From: Dehalococcoidia bacterium
GTDB taxonomy: Bacteria; Chloroflexota; Dehalococcoidia; Dehalococcoidales; W498
Direction: 5' to 3'
Assembly (NCBI GenBank): GCA_011191875.1
Contig: DUFC01000004.1
Span: 6,345-70,344 of the forward strand
Length of the DNA: 64,000 bases
A model generated the notes under the pieces. That model had not been told where the DNA came from. It saw nothing but the letters and a program-made list of their open reading frames with translations, and did no database searches. The position numbers were made by a program, and so were the translations under genes. Of the stretch, positions 29,506-42,419 are shown piece by piece; position 1 is the stretch's first letter; each line of letters opens with the position of its first letter.

Positions 29506-29772
29506 TTGTTAACTGAATTCCTCTCTAGTAGAAGACAAGGACTATCCCCAAGAACTATAGAGTTCTACAAGTATACTCTTGAACCATTTCTCCAATATTG
29601 TGGTGGTGAGATAACATCTGAGGCAATTAATGCCTTCCTTGCAAGCCTCCATTGTAGTACTGGCGGCAAACACGCCTACTATAGAGGTATTGAAGTTTTT
29701 GTAAACTACCTAGAAAAGTGTGCTCAATTTCATCAGAACTGGAGCTATTGGTTAGCAAGGGCATATATTTGA
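29506..29772 (+). pseudogene. Tyrosine recombinase/integrase, N-terminal SAM-like domain only (truncated)
   Basis: 88 aa. GLSPRTIEFYKYTLEPFLQY...INAFLASL...YYRGIEVFVNYLEK matches the integrase N-terminal core-binding domain. No catalytic domain follows in any frame. Confidence 0.65.
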
Positions 29773-30175
29773 GTCTCTTGTATTTTTGGTGTGAGAGGAC
29801 GACTGTCCTTCGGTCATCCTCTCGACGCCACTGTTAAAACCCGGTCTTGCCGCTGGATTAGCAATAAGAACCGGCTACTTCTATATCAGACTATATTGGG
29901 TTGCCCCTTGTTTTATAGTCTCTTCTACTTATTTCTGGCAAATATTTTGCTAACATACTGGTTACTACCCAGTGGCAAGGGGTAGCCCAGCCAGATACAA
30001 AATCGAGATTGATTCCAGCCCGACAATGCGATATGCTATCTGATGTTACCAGGTGGCATATCCGGTTCAGAATTCGTAAACCGCCGGTCGTTGGTTCGAA
30101 TCCCTCCACTGGATAATGGTTTTCTGCTCGAACAGTCCACCAATCAGCTATTGATAGGCATAAAATGATAGGGGG

Positions 30176-30799
30176 ATGAGAAAGGAAGTGGAAAAGAAAC
30201 TGAAATTAGTTGAAGAAACTACAGCTATGCTTATCGCAGATAGAATAGCCGGACTGGATAAAGAGGTGTTTTCAGAGAATCCAATAAAAAAGATAATCAT
30301 TCTTAGAATGCAACCGCCAAGTGAGGCAAAGCGAATAGCCTATATTCCTGAAGAGGAGGCAGTTTCAAATGAACCGGAGCATTATGTTATTCACAATTAC
30401 GGACTAAAAAAGATAATTGACCAGGAATGTCGAAAAAGAGTTATTTTGCTGAGTGAATCGGAAAGGAGTAAAGACTTCATTAAGATGACTTTGGAAGAAG
30501 TATTTATTGGAATTGCTGCCCATGAGGTAAGGCACCGAGTTCAGCACCTTCTTCCGATCGAGTGGTTTTCACCAGAACATGCCAGGACAATAGACGATCC
30601 TTATTTTAGGAGATTAATAGAATTTAGAAGGATTATTTTTACCTCCCATCCTCCTGAAGGAAATTACCAAAGGGAATTCGATGCTAAAGTAATTGAGAAT
30701 TTGGTAGTAGAAAAATGGCATTATGGAGAGAAAAGCCATTCGCGAATTGCCGAGCTTATTAAATTAGAACCAAAGCATTTAGCTAAGGCTGAGGAATAA
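30176..30799 (+). CDS. Hypothetical HExxH protein (putative zinc metallopeptidase)
   Basis: 207 aa containing IGIAAHEVRHRVQH. It lies inside the tRNA-Pro element remnant, and I recognise no other motif. Confidence 0.5.
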   Translation: MRKEVEKKLKLVEETTAMLIADRIAGLDKEVFSENPIKKIIILRMQPPSEAKRIAYIPEEEAVSNEPEHYVIHNYGLKKIIDQECRKRVILLSESERSKDFIKMTLEEVFIGIAAHEVRHRVQHLLPIEWFSPEHARTIDDPYFRRLIEFRRIIFTSHPPEGNYQREFDAKVIENLVVEKWHYGEKSHSRIAELIKLEPKHLAKAEE

Positions 30800-30908
30800 T
30801 TTCTCAGCCTTTATTTAACTCTTGCCAGCTCAGCTTGATTCGACAGGCGTTGCTTAGTATAATCAACACCTAAAAAGGAGGTGAGGGATAGTCCCCTTTT
30901 CTCCTATT

Positions 30909-30953
30909 TGAATGGGGTTCAGGTGGCCGGAGGTTCAAGTCCTCTCACCCCGA
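30909..30953 (+). repeat. Direct repeat of the tRNA-Pro 3' half (att-type scar)
   Basis: TGAATGGGGTTCAGGTGGCCGGAGGTTCAAGTCCTCTCACCCCGA compared with 29430..29474 shows 43/45 identical. Confidence 0.9.
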
Positions 30954-31041
30954 CCTTAGATAGATAATTCCACCTCTTAACTCCCGCCCTGATAATAACC
31001 ATACCACTCATCAAGATAATAGTTAGTATAATTGTTCAAGG

Positions 31042-32061
31042 GTGTTTGCGTTGAGTATTCTACATGTCGCCTGGAATTGCACCAGAGCATGCAATTTTAA
31101 ATGTGTTCACTGCTATTTGGACGCTGGTACCCCGTCCAAAGAAGAATTAAGCACCAGCGAGGCTTTGAGGCTAATCGATTCTGTGGCCGAACTCGGCGCT
31201 AAAAGTCTCGTATTTACTGGAGGAGAACCGCTGTTAAGAAAAGACCTGTTAGAGTTGATACAGCATACTCGCGACCTTGGGATTCAACCATTGCTGGCAA
31301 CCAATGGGACATTATTGACCAATGCTACACTCAAGATACTCAAAAGAGTAAGAGCCGGAGTAGCCTTCAATTTGCCCGCCCTTGATGGGACAATATACAG
31401 TGCATTCACCGGTGTAGATAAAAAGAATAAGGAAAAAGTCCTTGAAATAATCAAAAAATGTTTAGAGGATGGTTTGCAATGTACCTTGGGGGTGGCAGTT
31501 ACCAACCTTAACCTGGCTGAAGTTATTAAAATTGTGGAGCTAGCTCACGGGCTCGGGGCTTATTGCGATATGTCAATGACTGTACCGGTAGGCCAAGCTT
31601 CTTTTGCTCTCTTACCAAATCCTTTTGCATATGAGTCATTGTTAAGAAAGCTTGCCAGAGAGTGGGCTGCGATTCCGATGAGTGAGATAGACTCATCCCT
31701 GCACACGCATGTTTCCGTTTATGAGCCCATCTATGTGAGGATATCCACCGAAGAGGGGATTTCCATCCCCAAGCGACCTCTATGCTCGATTGGTGAAACC
31801 TTACATGTCATGGAGGATGGTTCTGTGCGTCCTTGCGCTTTTGCCGATATTAATCTGGGGAATGTTAGAAGAAGCAGTTTGTGTGAGATCTGGGGGAACA
31901 CGGTTAGCTCTCAATGGCTCAGAAAGCTCAGAAACCCCCGGGAGTTAGTAGGTGCCTGCGGTACGTGCTCTTACAGTCATGTGTGCATCGGATGTCGAGT
32001 TAGAGCAAAAGTTGCTACGGAGAGTTGGTTTAATTCAGACCCCATGTGCACTCTCGCTTAA
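31042..32061 (+). CDS. Radical SAM protein with C-terminal SPASM/twitch-type Cys cluster
   Basis: 339 aa. CNFKCVHC (CxxxCxxC), GGEPLL and the C-terminal CGTCSYSHVCIGC. The GTG start is uncertain. Confidence 0.8.
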   Translation: MFALSILHVAWNCTRACNFKCVHCYLDAGTPSKEELSTSEALRLIDSVAELGAKSLVFTGGEPLLRKDLLELIQHTRDLGIQPLLATNGTLLTNATLKILKRVRAGVAFNLPALDGTIYSAFTGVDKKNKEKVLEIIKKCLEDGLQCTLGVAVTNLNLAEVIKIVELAHGLGAYCDMSMTVPVGQASFALLPNPFAYESLLRKLAREWAAIPMSEIDSSLHTHVSVYEPIYVRISTEEGISIPKRPLCSIGETLHVMEDGSVRPCAFADINLGNVRRSSLCEIWGNTVSSQWLRKLRNPRELVGACGTCSYSHVCIGCRVRAKVATESWFNSDPMCTLA

Positions 32062-32093
32062 GAAGCTCTATTTCAAGCGCAGAGTTTTACCTC

Positions 32094-33407
32094 TTAAGCC
32101 AAGCGATGGAAAACTAATCCCGCCGGTGCTTTGGGATAGAAGTAGGTTGATTTCCTGGGCATCCGGTCACCGACATCGGCGATGGCTTTAATCACCCCTG
32201 ACTTAATGGGCTTTAATAGAAAGGCTAGCTGGTATTCCTGGTCTAATCCCTTGTTTACCGCATCTTGCTTATCATAGCTGTAGCCCAGGATTGCCTCCTC
32301 CCTGCCACCACTCAGTCCCAGTAGCTTCTCTAGTATGATATGGTCAACAATGCTAACATCTAACCTCTTATACATTTCACAATGAAAGTAGGGCATCATC
32401 TGGCTGGTTTTAACCAAGTCACGCAACCTCAGTACAAAAAGATGCTCTGCTTCCAGTCCAAAAAGGGCTAGCCTAACCTCATTTGTCTCACCGGTCAATA
32501 AATCATCAACTTGCCGCCAAACATCAGACGCAGTTAATGGCAATTCCTCTATTTCAAAGAATGACCTCAGGCCAGCCATCAACCCATCCAGGGTTGATTT
32601 TGAGACACCACGAACCAGCCGGTGAGGAGGTAGAATCATGAGCCCGGGGTCAGAAAAGTCTACTAGCTCCATCAAAACATAATTATATGCCGCGCTGTCC
32701 GATACTGATGGAGAACAAGCACGCCTCTCACGCTGGTACATAAGAGCACTCTCATAGCGGTGATGCCCGTCAGCAATGTAGAGCGGTTGATTATATAGAA
32801 TACTACATATCTGATTAGCAACTCCAGACTCAGTGATAGCCCAAACACAATGACTTTCTCCGTTAGCACTACTTAAACTGATTATAGGTTCACTCCGCTC
32901 CTGTGCGGTTAACAACGATGAGACCTGCTGCCCCTGGTCTTCAAACAGTGCTAAAACTTGGCTGGTATTGGCCTGGCATGCCCATAGCAGGCTCAGCCGG
33001 TCACCCTTTGGCTCAGATAGCGTACCCTCATGAGGACGAATAACCATCTTATCCCATTCCTCTAACCTGACACAGACCACCATACTGCGACGCCTATATT
33101 CCCTCCCTTGATAAGTGAAATAGTGGTCGTGGAGATAGATAGCTGGCACCTTATCAACCATAAGAATGCCTTCCTTCAACCATTGTTCAAGGGTGACTGC
33201 CGAACGAGTATTCTTATTGTCTATAGCTGTATCCTGGGGCAACTCTCGTCCATACTCCAGTCGGACAAAGTTATACTGGCTCCTTAGATAAAGCTCTTGC
33301 TGCAACTGTGGGTCAATAATGTCATATGGTGGGCAGATAACGCCGGATAAGTCTTTAACCAGCGATTGGTTATAACGCACAGCACAAAAGGGAGATAGCT
33401 CAGCCAC
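32094..33407 (-). CDS. DUF1015-family protein
   Basis: 437 aa. F.AVRYN......VICPPYDII at the N-terminus, IADGHHRYESAL and YFYPK near the C-terminus. Confidence 0.75.
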   Translation of the reverse strand: MAELSPFCAVRYNQSLVKDLSGVICPPYDIIDPQLQQELYLRSQYNFVRLEYGRELPQDTAIDNKNTRSAVTLEQWLKEGILMVDKVPAIYLHDHYFTYQGREYRRRSMVVCVRLEEWDKMVIRPHEGTLSEPKGDRLSLLWACQANTSQVLALFEDQGQQVSSLLTAQERSEPIISLSSANGESHCVWAITESGVANQICSILYNQPLYIADGHHRYESALMYQRERRACSPSVSDSAAYNYVLMELVDFSDPGLMILPPHRLVRGVSKSTLDGLMAGLRSFFEIEELPLTASDVWRQVDDLLTGETNEVRLALFGLEAEHLFVLRLRDLVKTSQMMPYFHCEMYKRLDVSIVDHIILEKLLGLSGGREEAILGYSYDKQDAVNKGLDQEYQLAFLLKPIKSGVIKAIADVGDRMPRKSTYFYPKAPAGLVFHRLA

Positions 33408-33498
33408 GATTTATTCCTAACCCTCTTTTAACAAATCTATAAGTAGGTAGTTACTGACAACCCTAGTTTACCGCATGATACAGAAAGGGGCAAGCCTT

Positions 33499-34152
33499 TT
33501 ACCAAATAACCAAAATGTCTATTATGGTGTCATCAAACGAAGGTTTCTCATAATAGTAACCTGTCTTAGGCTCTACACACTTATAATAGCGTTCACCTAT
33601 GACAGGCTCGGCTCTCTCATCAGTTTGCGACTCAAAGTAGACAAGCCCCTCATCAATGGTATTGAAGGCTATTATTGCATGACCTCCACCTGCGTATATT
33701 AAGCTAACATAAGCACAGCGGAGTCCTTCAGCCTCAGCATTATTACATACATCCCTAGCGAAGTGACTACATACATAAGTATCCTCAACATATTCATTCA
33801 GATTTGTTTTATCCTTTCTTAAGAAGGAATCCACCTCTTTATAAGTTGGGTCTCTTAAAGTATAACCATGTCCCAAGCCAGCTTCCGTCCCTTCATCATA
33901 GCCATCTTCATAGCCATCGGCTTTGCCCAGGTCATAGCCCTCATCATAACCATCTTGTTTACCTGAAACATAGCCTTCATCATAGCCACCCTGTTCACCC
34001 AAGCTAATACCAGCCTCATGACCCACAGAATAGCCATTCTCATATCCCGCTGTCTCACCCCCAGAATAGGCGATACGATAAAGAACAAAACTGCCTACGC
34101 CTACCAGAACCAATATACTTATTGATATAAATATTCGTTTTATCCACTCCAT
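33499..34152 (-). CDS. Membrane-anchored protein with GY[DE]xGY repeats and a transglutaminase/papain-like Cys-His domain
   Basis: 217 aa. An N-terminal TM helix, about 9 GYxxGY-type units, then YVCSHFA...GGGHAIIAF...YFESQTDE in Cys, His, acidic order. Confidence 0.55.
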   Translation of the reverse strand: MEWIKRIFISISILVLVGVGSFVLYRIAYSGGETAGYENGYSVGHEAGISLGEQGGYDEGYVSGKQDGYDEGYDLGKADGYEDGYDEGTEAGLGHGYTLRDPTYKEVDSFLRKDKTNLNEYVEDTYVCSHFARDVCNNAEAEGLRCAYVSLIYAGGGHAIIAFNTIDEGLVYFESQTDERAEPVIGERYYKCVEPKTGYYYEKPSFDDTIIDILVIW

Positions 34153-34261
34153 TGGAATGCCCCCCTATTATTTTCAATCACTCCTGATGCACCTTATTAT
34201 ACCATTTATCTTTTACCCAACTATATACTATAATATATAAAAAGCTTACCACTAGTGTTAG

Positions 34262-36457
<2,196 letters not shown>

Positions 36458-36468
36458 TAGAAGAAGGC

Positions 36469-36873
36469 ATGGTTATAACCATTATGATTGGGGTTTGGTG
36501 TAAAGACGGCGTGGTTTTGGTATCGGATAGAAGATTGGTGCGGGCAGGCGGCTTGGAGCTACAATCCCCCGAATGTAATCTAAGAGCGGCAAGGGGAATC
36601 CTAATCGGGGCGGTTGGAATGTCGGCTTTTTATGATAAAGTCGAGAGGTTGCTAATGAGCAAGTTTCCTGATATCACGGTTTTAGCAACTGCCTGGGACA
36701 TTGCTGAGCTAGCAGATGAGGTTATTAAACAATATGAAGGGTTCAAGGATGACCGTCCGTTCTTTCCCATTGTTGATAGAGTCAACGGAAAAACGAGGTT
36801 GTGGCAAGTGACAGCCGAACTACCTCCTGGGGAAATGGACTACGAGGTTTGGGTGCGGTCCGAGGCTTATTAG
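36469..36873 (+). CDS. Short proteasome-beta/HslV-like Ntn-hydrolase-fold protein
   Basis: 134 aa. MVITIMIGVWCKDGVVLVSDRR resembles the Thr-initiated N-terminus of proteasome beta subunits (TT.vG...KDGVVLAaDrR). It starts 12 nt after the ligA stop. Confidence 0.5.
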   Translation: MVITIMIGVWCKDGVVLVSDRRLVRAGGLELQSPECNLRAARGILIGAVGMSAFYDKVERLLMSKFPDITVLATAWDIAELADEVIKQYEGFKDDRPFFPIVDRVNGKTRLWQVTAELPPGEMDYEVWVRSEAY

Positions 36874-37051
36874 AAAGCTAATCGATTATTTAAAACGTTC
36901 TCCCAGTTCATAAGATACGGGATATGGCTAGGGATTAGCAACAACCGGAATTTTGTGTTATAACCTTAATATCGGTGAAGCCTACAAATATTGACACAAA
37001 CTACCAGAGCCAAAGCGTTGAACTCATCGAGGTAAACAGCGTAAAAGTAGC

Positions 37052-37633
37052 ATGAAATTAATTGTGGGATTAGGTAATCCGGGGCGTAGTTATGTTAATA
37101 ACCGACATAATATCGGCTTTACTTGCCTCAACCATTTTGCCGGGACACAGGGCATCCAATTTGATAAGAAGCAAAGCAAAGCCCGAATTGGCACCGGTGA
37201 GGTAGCTGGCTATAGGATAGTAGTAGCTAAACCCCAGACCTATATGAACCTAAGCGGACAATCGGTAAGCCGGCTAATAAGTAAATTTAGTATCAGCCTC
37301 AATGACCTCCTGGTTATACATGATGACCTTGACCTCCCATTGGGTAAAATTCGCATCCGTTACGGCAGTGGTTCTGGTGGACATAAGGGAATTGATTCCA
37401 TCATCACTGAACTGGGCAGCCAGGATTTCCTTCGCCTTCGGGTAGGTATTGGACGACCTGTTATAAACGAGGACTCCACTGAATTTAGTGAGGCTGAAAT
37501 TATTGCTTATGTGCTCAGTGATTTCACCACTGACGAAAAACAAGCTCTCATTAAGGTCATACCCGGGGTGAGTGAAGCCATCCTCTGCCTCCTTACCGAG
37601 GGTCTGACAGCGGCTATGAATAAACACAACTAG
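37052..37633 (+). CDS. pth: Peptidyl-tRNA hydrolase
   Basis: 193 aa. LIVGLGNPG..Y...RHN.GF and HDDLDLPLGKIR. Confidence 0.92.
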   Translation: MKLIVGLGNPGRSYVNNRHNIGFTCLNHFAGTQGIQFDKKQSKARIGTGEVAGYRIVVAKPQTYMNLSGQSVSRLISKFSISLNDLLVIHDDLDLPLGKIRIRYGSGSGGHKGIDSIITELGSQDFLRLRVGIGRPVINEDSTEFSEAEIIAYVLSDFTTDEKQALIKVIPGVSEAILCLLTEGLTAAMNKHN

Positions 37634-37877
37634 AGATTATTTACTTACGCCTGTTTTTCCTACCCACTCCCCTTATATAAGCCTCACTTGTAGCCTTCAA
37701 AGGGCTCGAAAGCAAAGCCCATAAAAAAGGAGGACGGGGTCGAACCCCTCAGATTCCATTCTATGGCGAGAGAATAGGAAGAAAGAGGTTGTTTAACAAC
37801 CTCTCCACTAATTCTTTGCCACACTATAGACTCAGGTGATATAATCTCTATATTCACCAAAGTAAAGGATTTCCGAA

Positions 37878-39679
<1,802 letters not shown>

Positions 39680-39706
39680 GTAAATGAGCAAGCTAAAATA
39701 TTATAG

Positions 39707-40768
<1,062 letters not shown>

Positions 40769-40799
40769 CTAGCAATAAGGGTTCCTGTTGTAATAAAGA

Positions 40800-40829
40800 T
40801 TGACATTATCATATAGGTATGCTTAAAAT
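40800..40829 (+). promoter_or_regulatory. Sigma-70-type promoter for the tubulin-like gene
   Basis: TTGACA (40800-40805), an 18-nt spacer, then TAAAAT (40824-40829). The SD GAGGTGAG precedes the ATG at 40859. Confidence 0.45.
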
Positions 40830-40858
40830 AACAAAATTATTTAATACTGAGGTGAGAA

Positions 40859-42031
40859 ATGAAATTAGTGGTCATAGGTTTTGGACAATGCGGCAGTAGG
40901 ATTGCCGATGAGTTTGCCCGACTAAATAGAAGGGCGCGCAGCATGCGTGGGATTGAGATAATTACTGGTGATTTTGCTGTAAACACAGATGCTGCCGATT
41001 TAAGTGGGCTATCTTATATTAAACCTGATTACCAGCATAGAATCCTCATCGGAGGTCGAAGGACTGGTGGTCATGGCGTAGGTAAGATAAATGAACTGGG
41101 AGCCGAAATAGCTAGAGAAGACGGCGATAAGGTTATAGACGCTATAAGAACTGCCCCGCACTTCTTTGAGTCAGATGCCTTCTTACTAATTGCCGGTGCT
41201 GCTGGTGGTACTGGCTCAGGGGCAATACCAATAATGACGCAATACATAAAAGAGCGCTATATGGATAAACCGGTATATAATCTTATTATCCTCCCCTTTG
41301 AGCATGAAGAGACGACAGAGGAAAGAACTATCTATAACTCAGCTACATGTCTTAAATCTATAAATGCAGCGGCTGATGCAGTAATTCTTATTGACAATCA
41401 AAGGTATGTTAGGAAGGATTTCTCACTTAGAAACAACCTGGCTCAAATTAATGCTCTAATAGTTGAACCATTCTATAATCTACTTTGTGCTGGCGAGGAG
41501 AAAAAGCGCAAATATATCGGGGCAAGAATGCTTGATGCCGGAGACATTATGCAGACCCTGGTAGGATGGACAGTGATGGGCTACGGTAAATCACAAATTT
41601 CGTTATTTAATCTCCCCTTTAAAGGACGTAATTTCAGGGGGAAAAGCACCGAAACCCACAAGGGGATCCAGGCAATGGACGAAGCTATAAGTGAGCTATC
41701 ACTCAGATGCAACCCTGCAGATTCACACAGGGCGCTATATCTTCTCTCTGCCCCAGCCAAAGAAATGAATATGGACCTGGTCAAGGAACTTGGAGACTAT
41801 CTAAAAAGCATACTCCCAGAGGCCATAATAAGGAATGGTGATTACCCCAGGGAAAAAGGACTGATGGATGTAACTGTAATCCTGTCTGAACTTAGCGAAG
41901 TGGAAAAGGTCAGGAAATACTATAGTGAATCAACCACCTTTGTCCACGAGATTAAAGAGAGAGAAGAAGATATTGAGCGTAAAATTGGAGGAATAGACGA
42001 GGCATCAAAGGATTTACCCTCACTACTATAA
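40859..42031 (+). CDS. Tubulin/FtsZ-superfamily GTPase of CetZ/tubulin-like type
   Basis: 390 aa. The T1 loop is VVIGFGQCGSRIADEF and the T4 signature is AGAAGGTGSGA. NELGAEIA, ILIDNQ, LDAGDIMQTL (T7 region) and GDYP are also present. Confidence 0.75.
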   Translation: MKLVVIGFGQCGSRIADEFARLNRRARSMRGIEIITGDFAVNTDAADLSGLSYIKPDYQHRILIGGRRTGGHGVGKINELGAEIAREDGDKVIDAIRTAPHFFESDAFLLIAGAAGGTGSGAIPIMTQYIKERYMDKPVYNLIILPFEHEETTEERTIYNSATCLKSINAAADAVILIDNQRYVRKDFSLRNNLAQINALIVEPFYNLLCAGEEKKRKYIGARMLDAGDIMQTLVGWTVMGYGKSQISLFNLPFKGRNFRGKSTETHKGIQAMDEAISELSLRCNPADSHRALYLLSAPAKEMNMDLVKELGDYLKSILPEAIIRNGDYPREKGLMDVTVILSELSEVEKVRKYYSESTTFVHEIKEREEDIERKIGGIDEASKDLPSLL

Positions 42032-42051
42032 TCAATTAGCCAACTTTAATT

Positions 42052-42100
42052 GCCAGCTTTATATAGGTAGCTAAACTTAATAAAGCTGGCTTTTATTTAT
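42052..42100 (+). terminator. Rho-independent terminator after the tubulin-like gene
   Basis: A perfect 11-bp stem GCCAGCTTTAT / ATAAAGCTGGC with a 17-nt loop, followed by TTTTATTTAT. Confidence 0.8.
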
Positions 42101-42144
42101 CACTACCGTTCCCTTTTTTATGTCATTACGAAGCACAAAGTGCT

Positions 42145-42294
42145 AAAGTAACCTCCAATAATGTTCCATCTCGTCATTGCGAGGGGTAGAGCCCCGAAGC
42201 AATCTCGGAGGAGTGGGGAAGGCGTGGTATTGCCACATCCTTTATTCTTCACCAAAGGGTGAAGGACTGGCAATGGCATTCCCCTTAATGACGA
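42145..42294. repeat. Hairpin repeat family, copy R4
   Basis: AACCTCCAATAATGTTCCATCTCGTCATTGCGAGGGGTAGAGCCCCGAAGCAATCTCGGAGGAG...GGTATTGCCACA...CAATGGCATTCCCCTTAATGACGA. The arms TCGTCATT / AATGACGA pair. Confidence 0.85.
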
Positions 42295-42419
42295 ACCAGA
42301 AGAAAACATTTACCACGTTCCATAACCTTGAAAGAAGATAGCTATATCACCAAAGTACCGAATGAGCACAACCCCCTTTTAGAAAACAGCCAATAAGAGT
42401 ATAATAAAACCAGACAAAG

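Larger units (their letters stand above)
29475..30953. mobile_element. Remnant of an integrative element inserted at tRNA-Pro
   Basis: It is bounded by the tRNA 3' half (29430..29474) and a 45-nt direct copy (30909..30953, 2 mismatches). It contains an N-terminal tyrosine-integrase fragment. Confidence 0.7.

Noticed and set aside
29775-30115. tmRNA (ssrA), given the integrase next door and a TTCGAAT T-loop followed by TCCAC.
   Set aside because: There is no GGGG...TCGAC 5' end. There is no resume codon or tag ORF ending in the usual hydrophobic tail plus stop. The distance from the T loop to the 3' end is too short for a T stem plus a 7-bp acceptor plus ACCA.
33804-34088. His-rich ORF 33804..34007 + and Met-rich ORF 33855..34088 -.
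   Set aside because: They are alternative-frame readings of the GGxTAxGAxGAxGGxTA nucleotide repeat that encodes the GY[DE]xGY stalk of the real minus-strand gene at 33499..34152.
37634-37877. The pth-downstream spacer with a GGGGTCGAACCCC palindrome and a 9-10-bp palindrome AGAGGTTGTT-T-AACAACCTCT, considered as a tRNA fragment or riboswitch.
   Set aside because: No cloverleaf or known riboswitch core could be built. It is most simply a weak terminator plus degenerate repeat debris.
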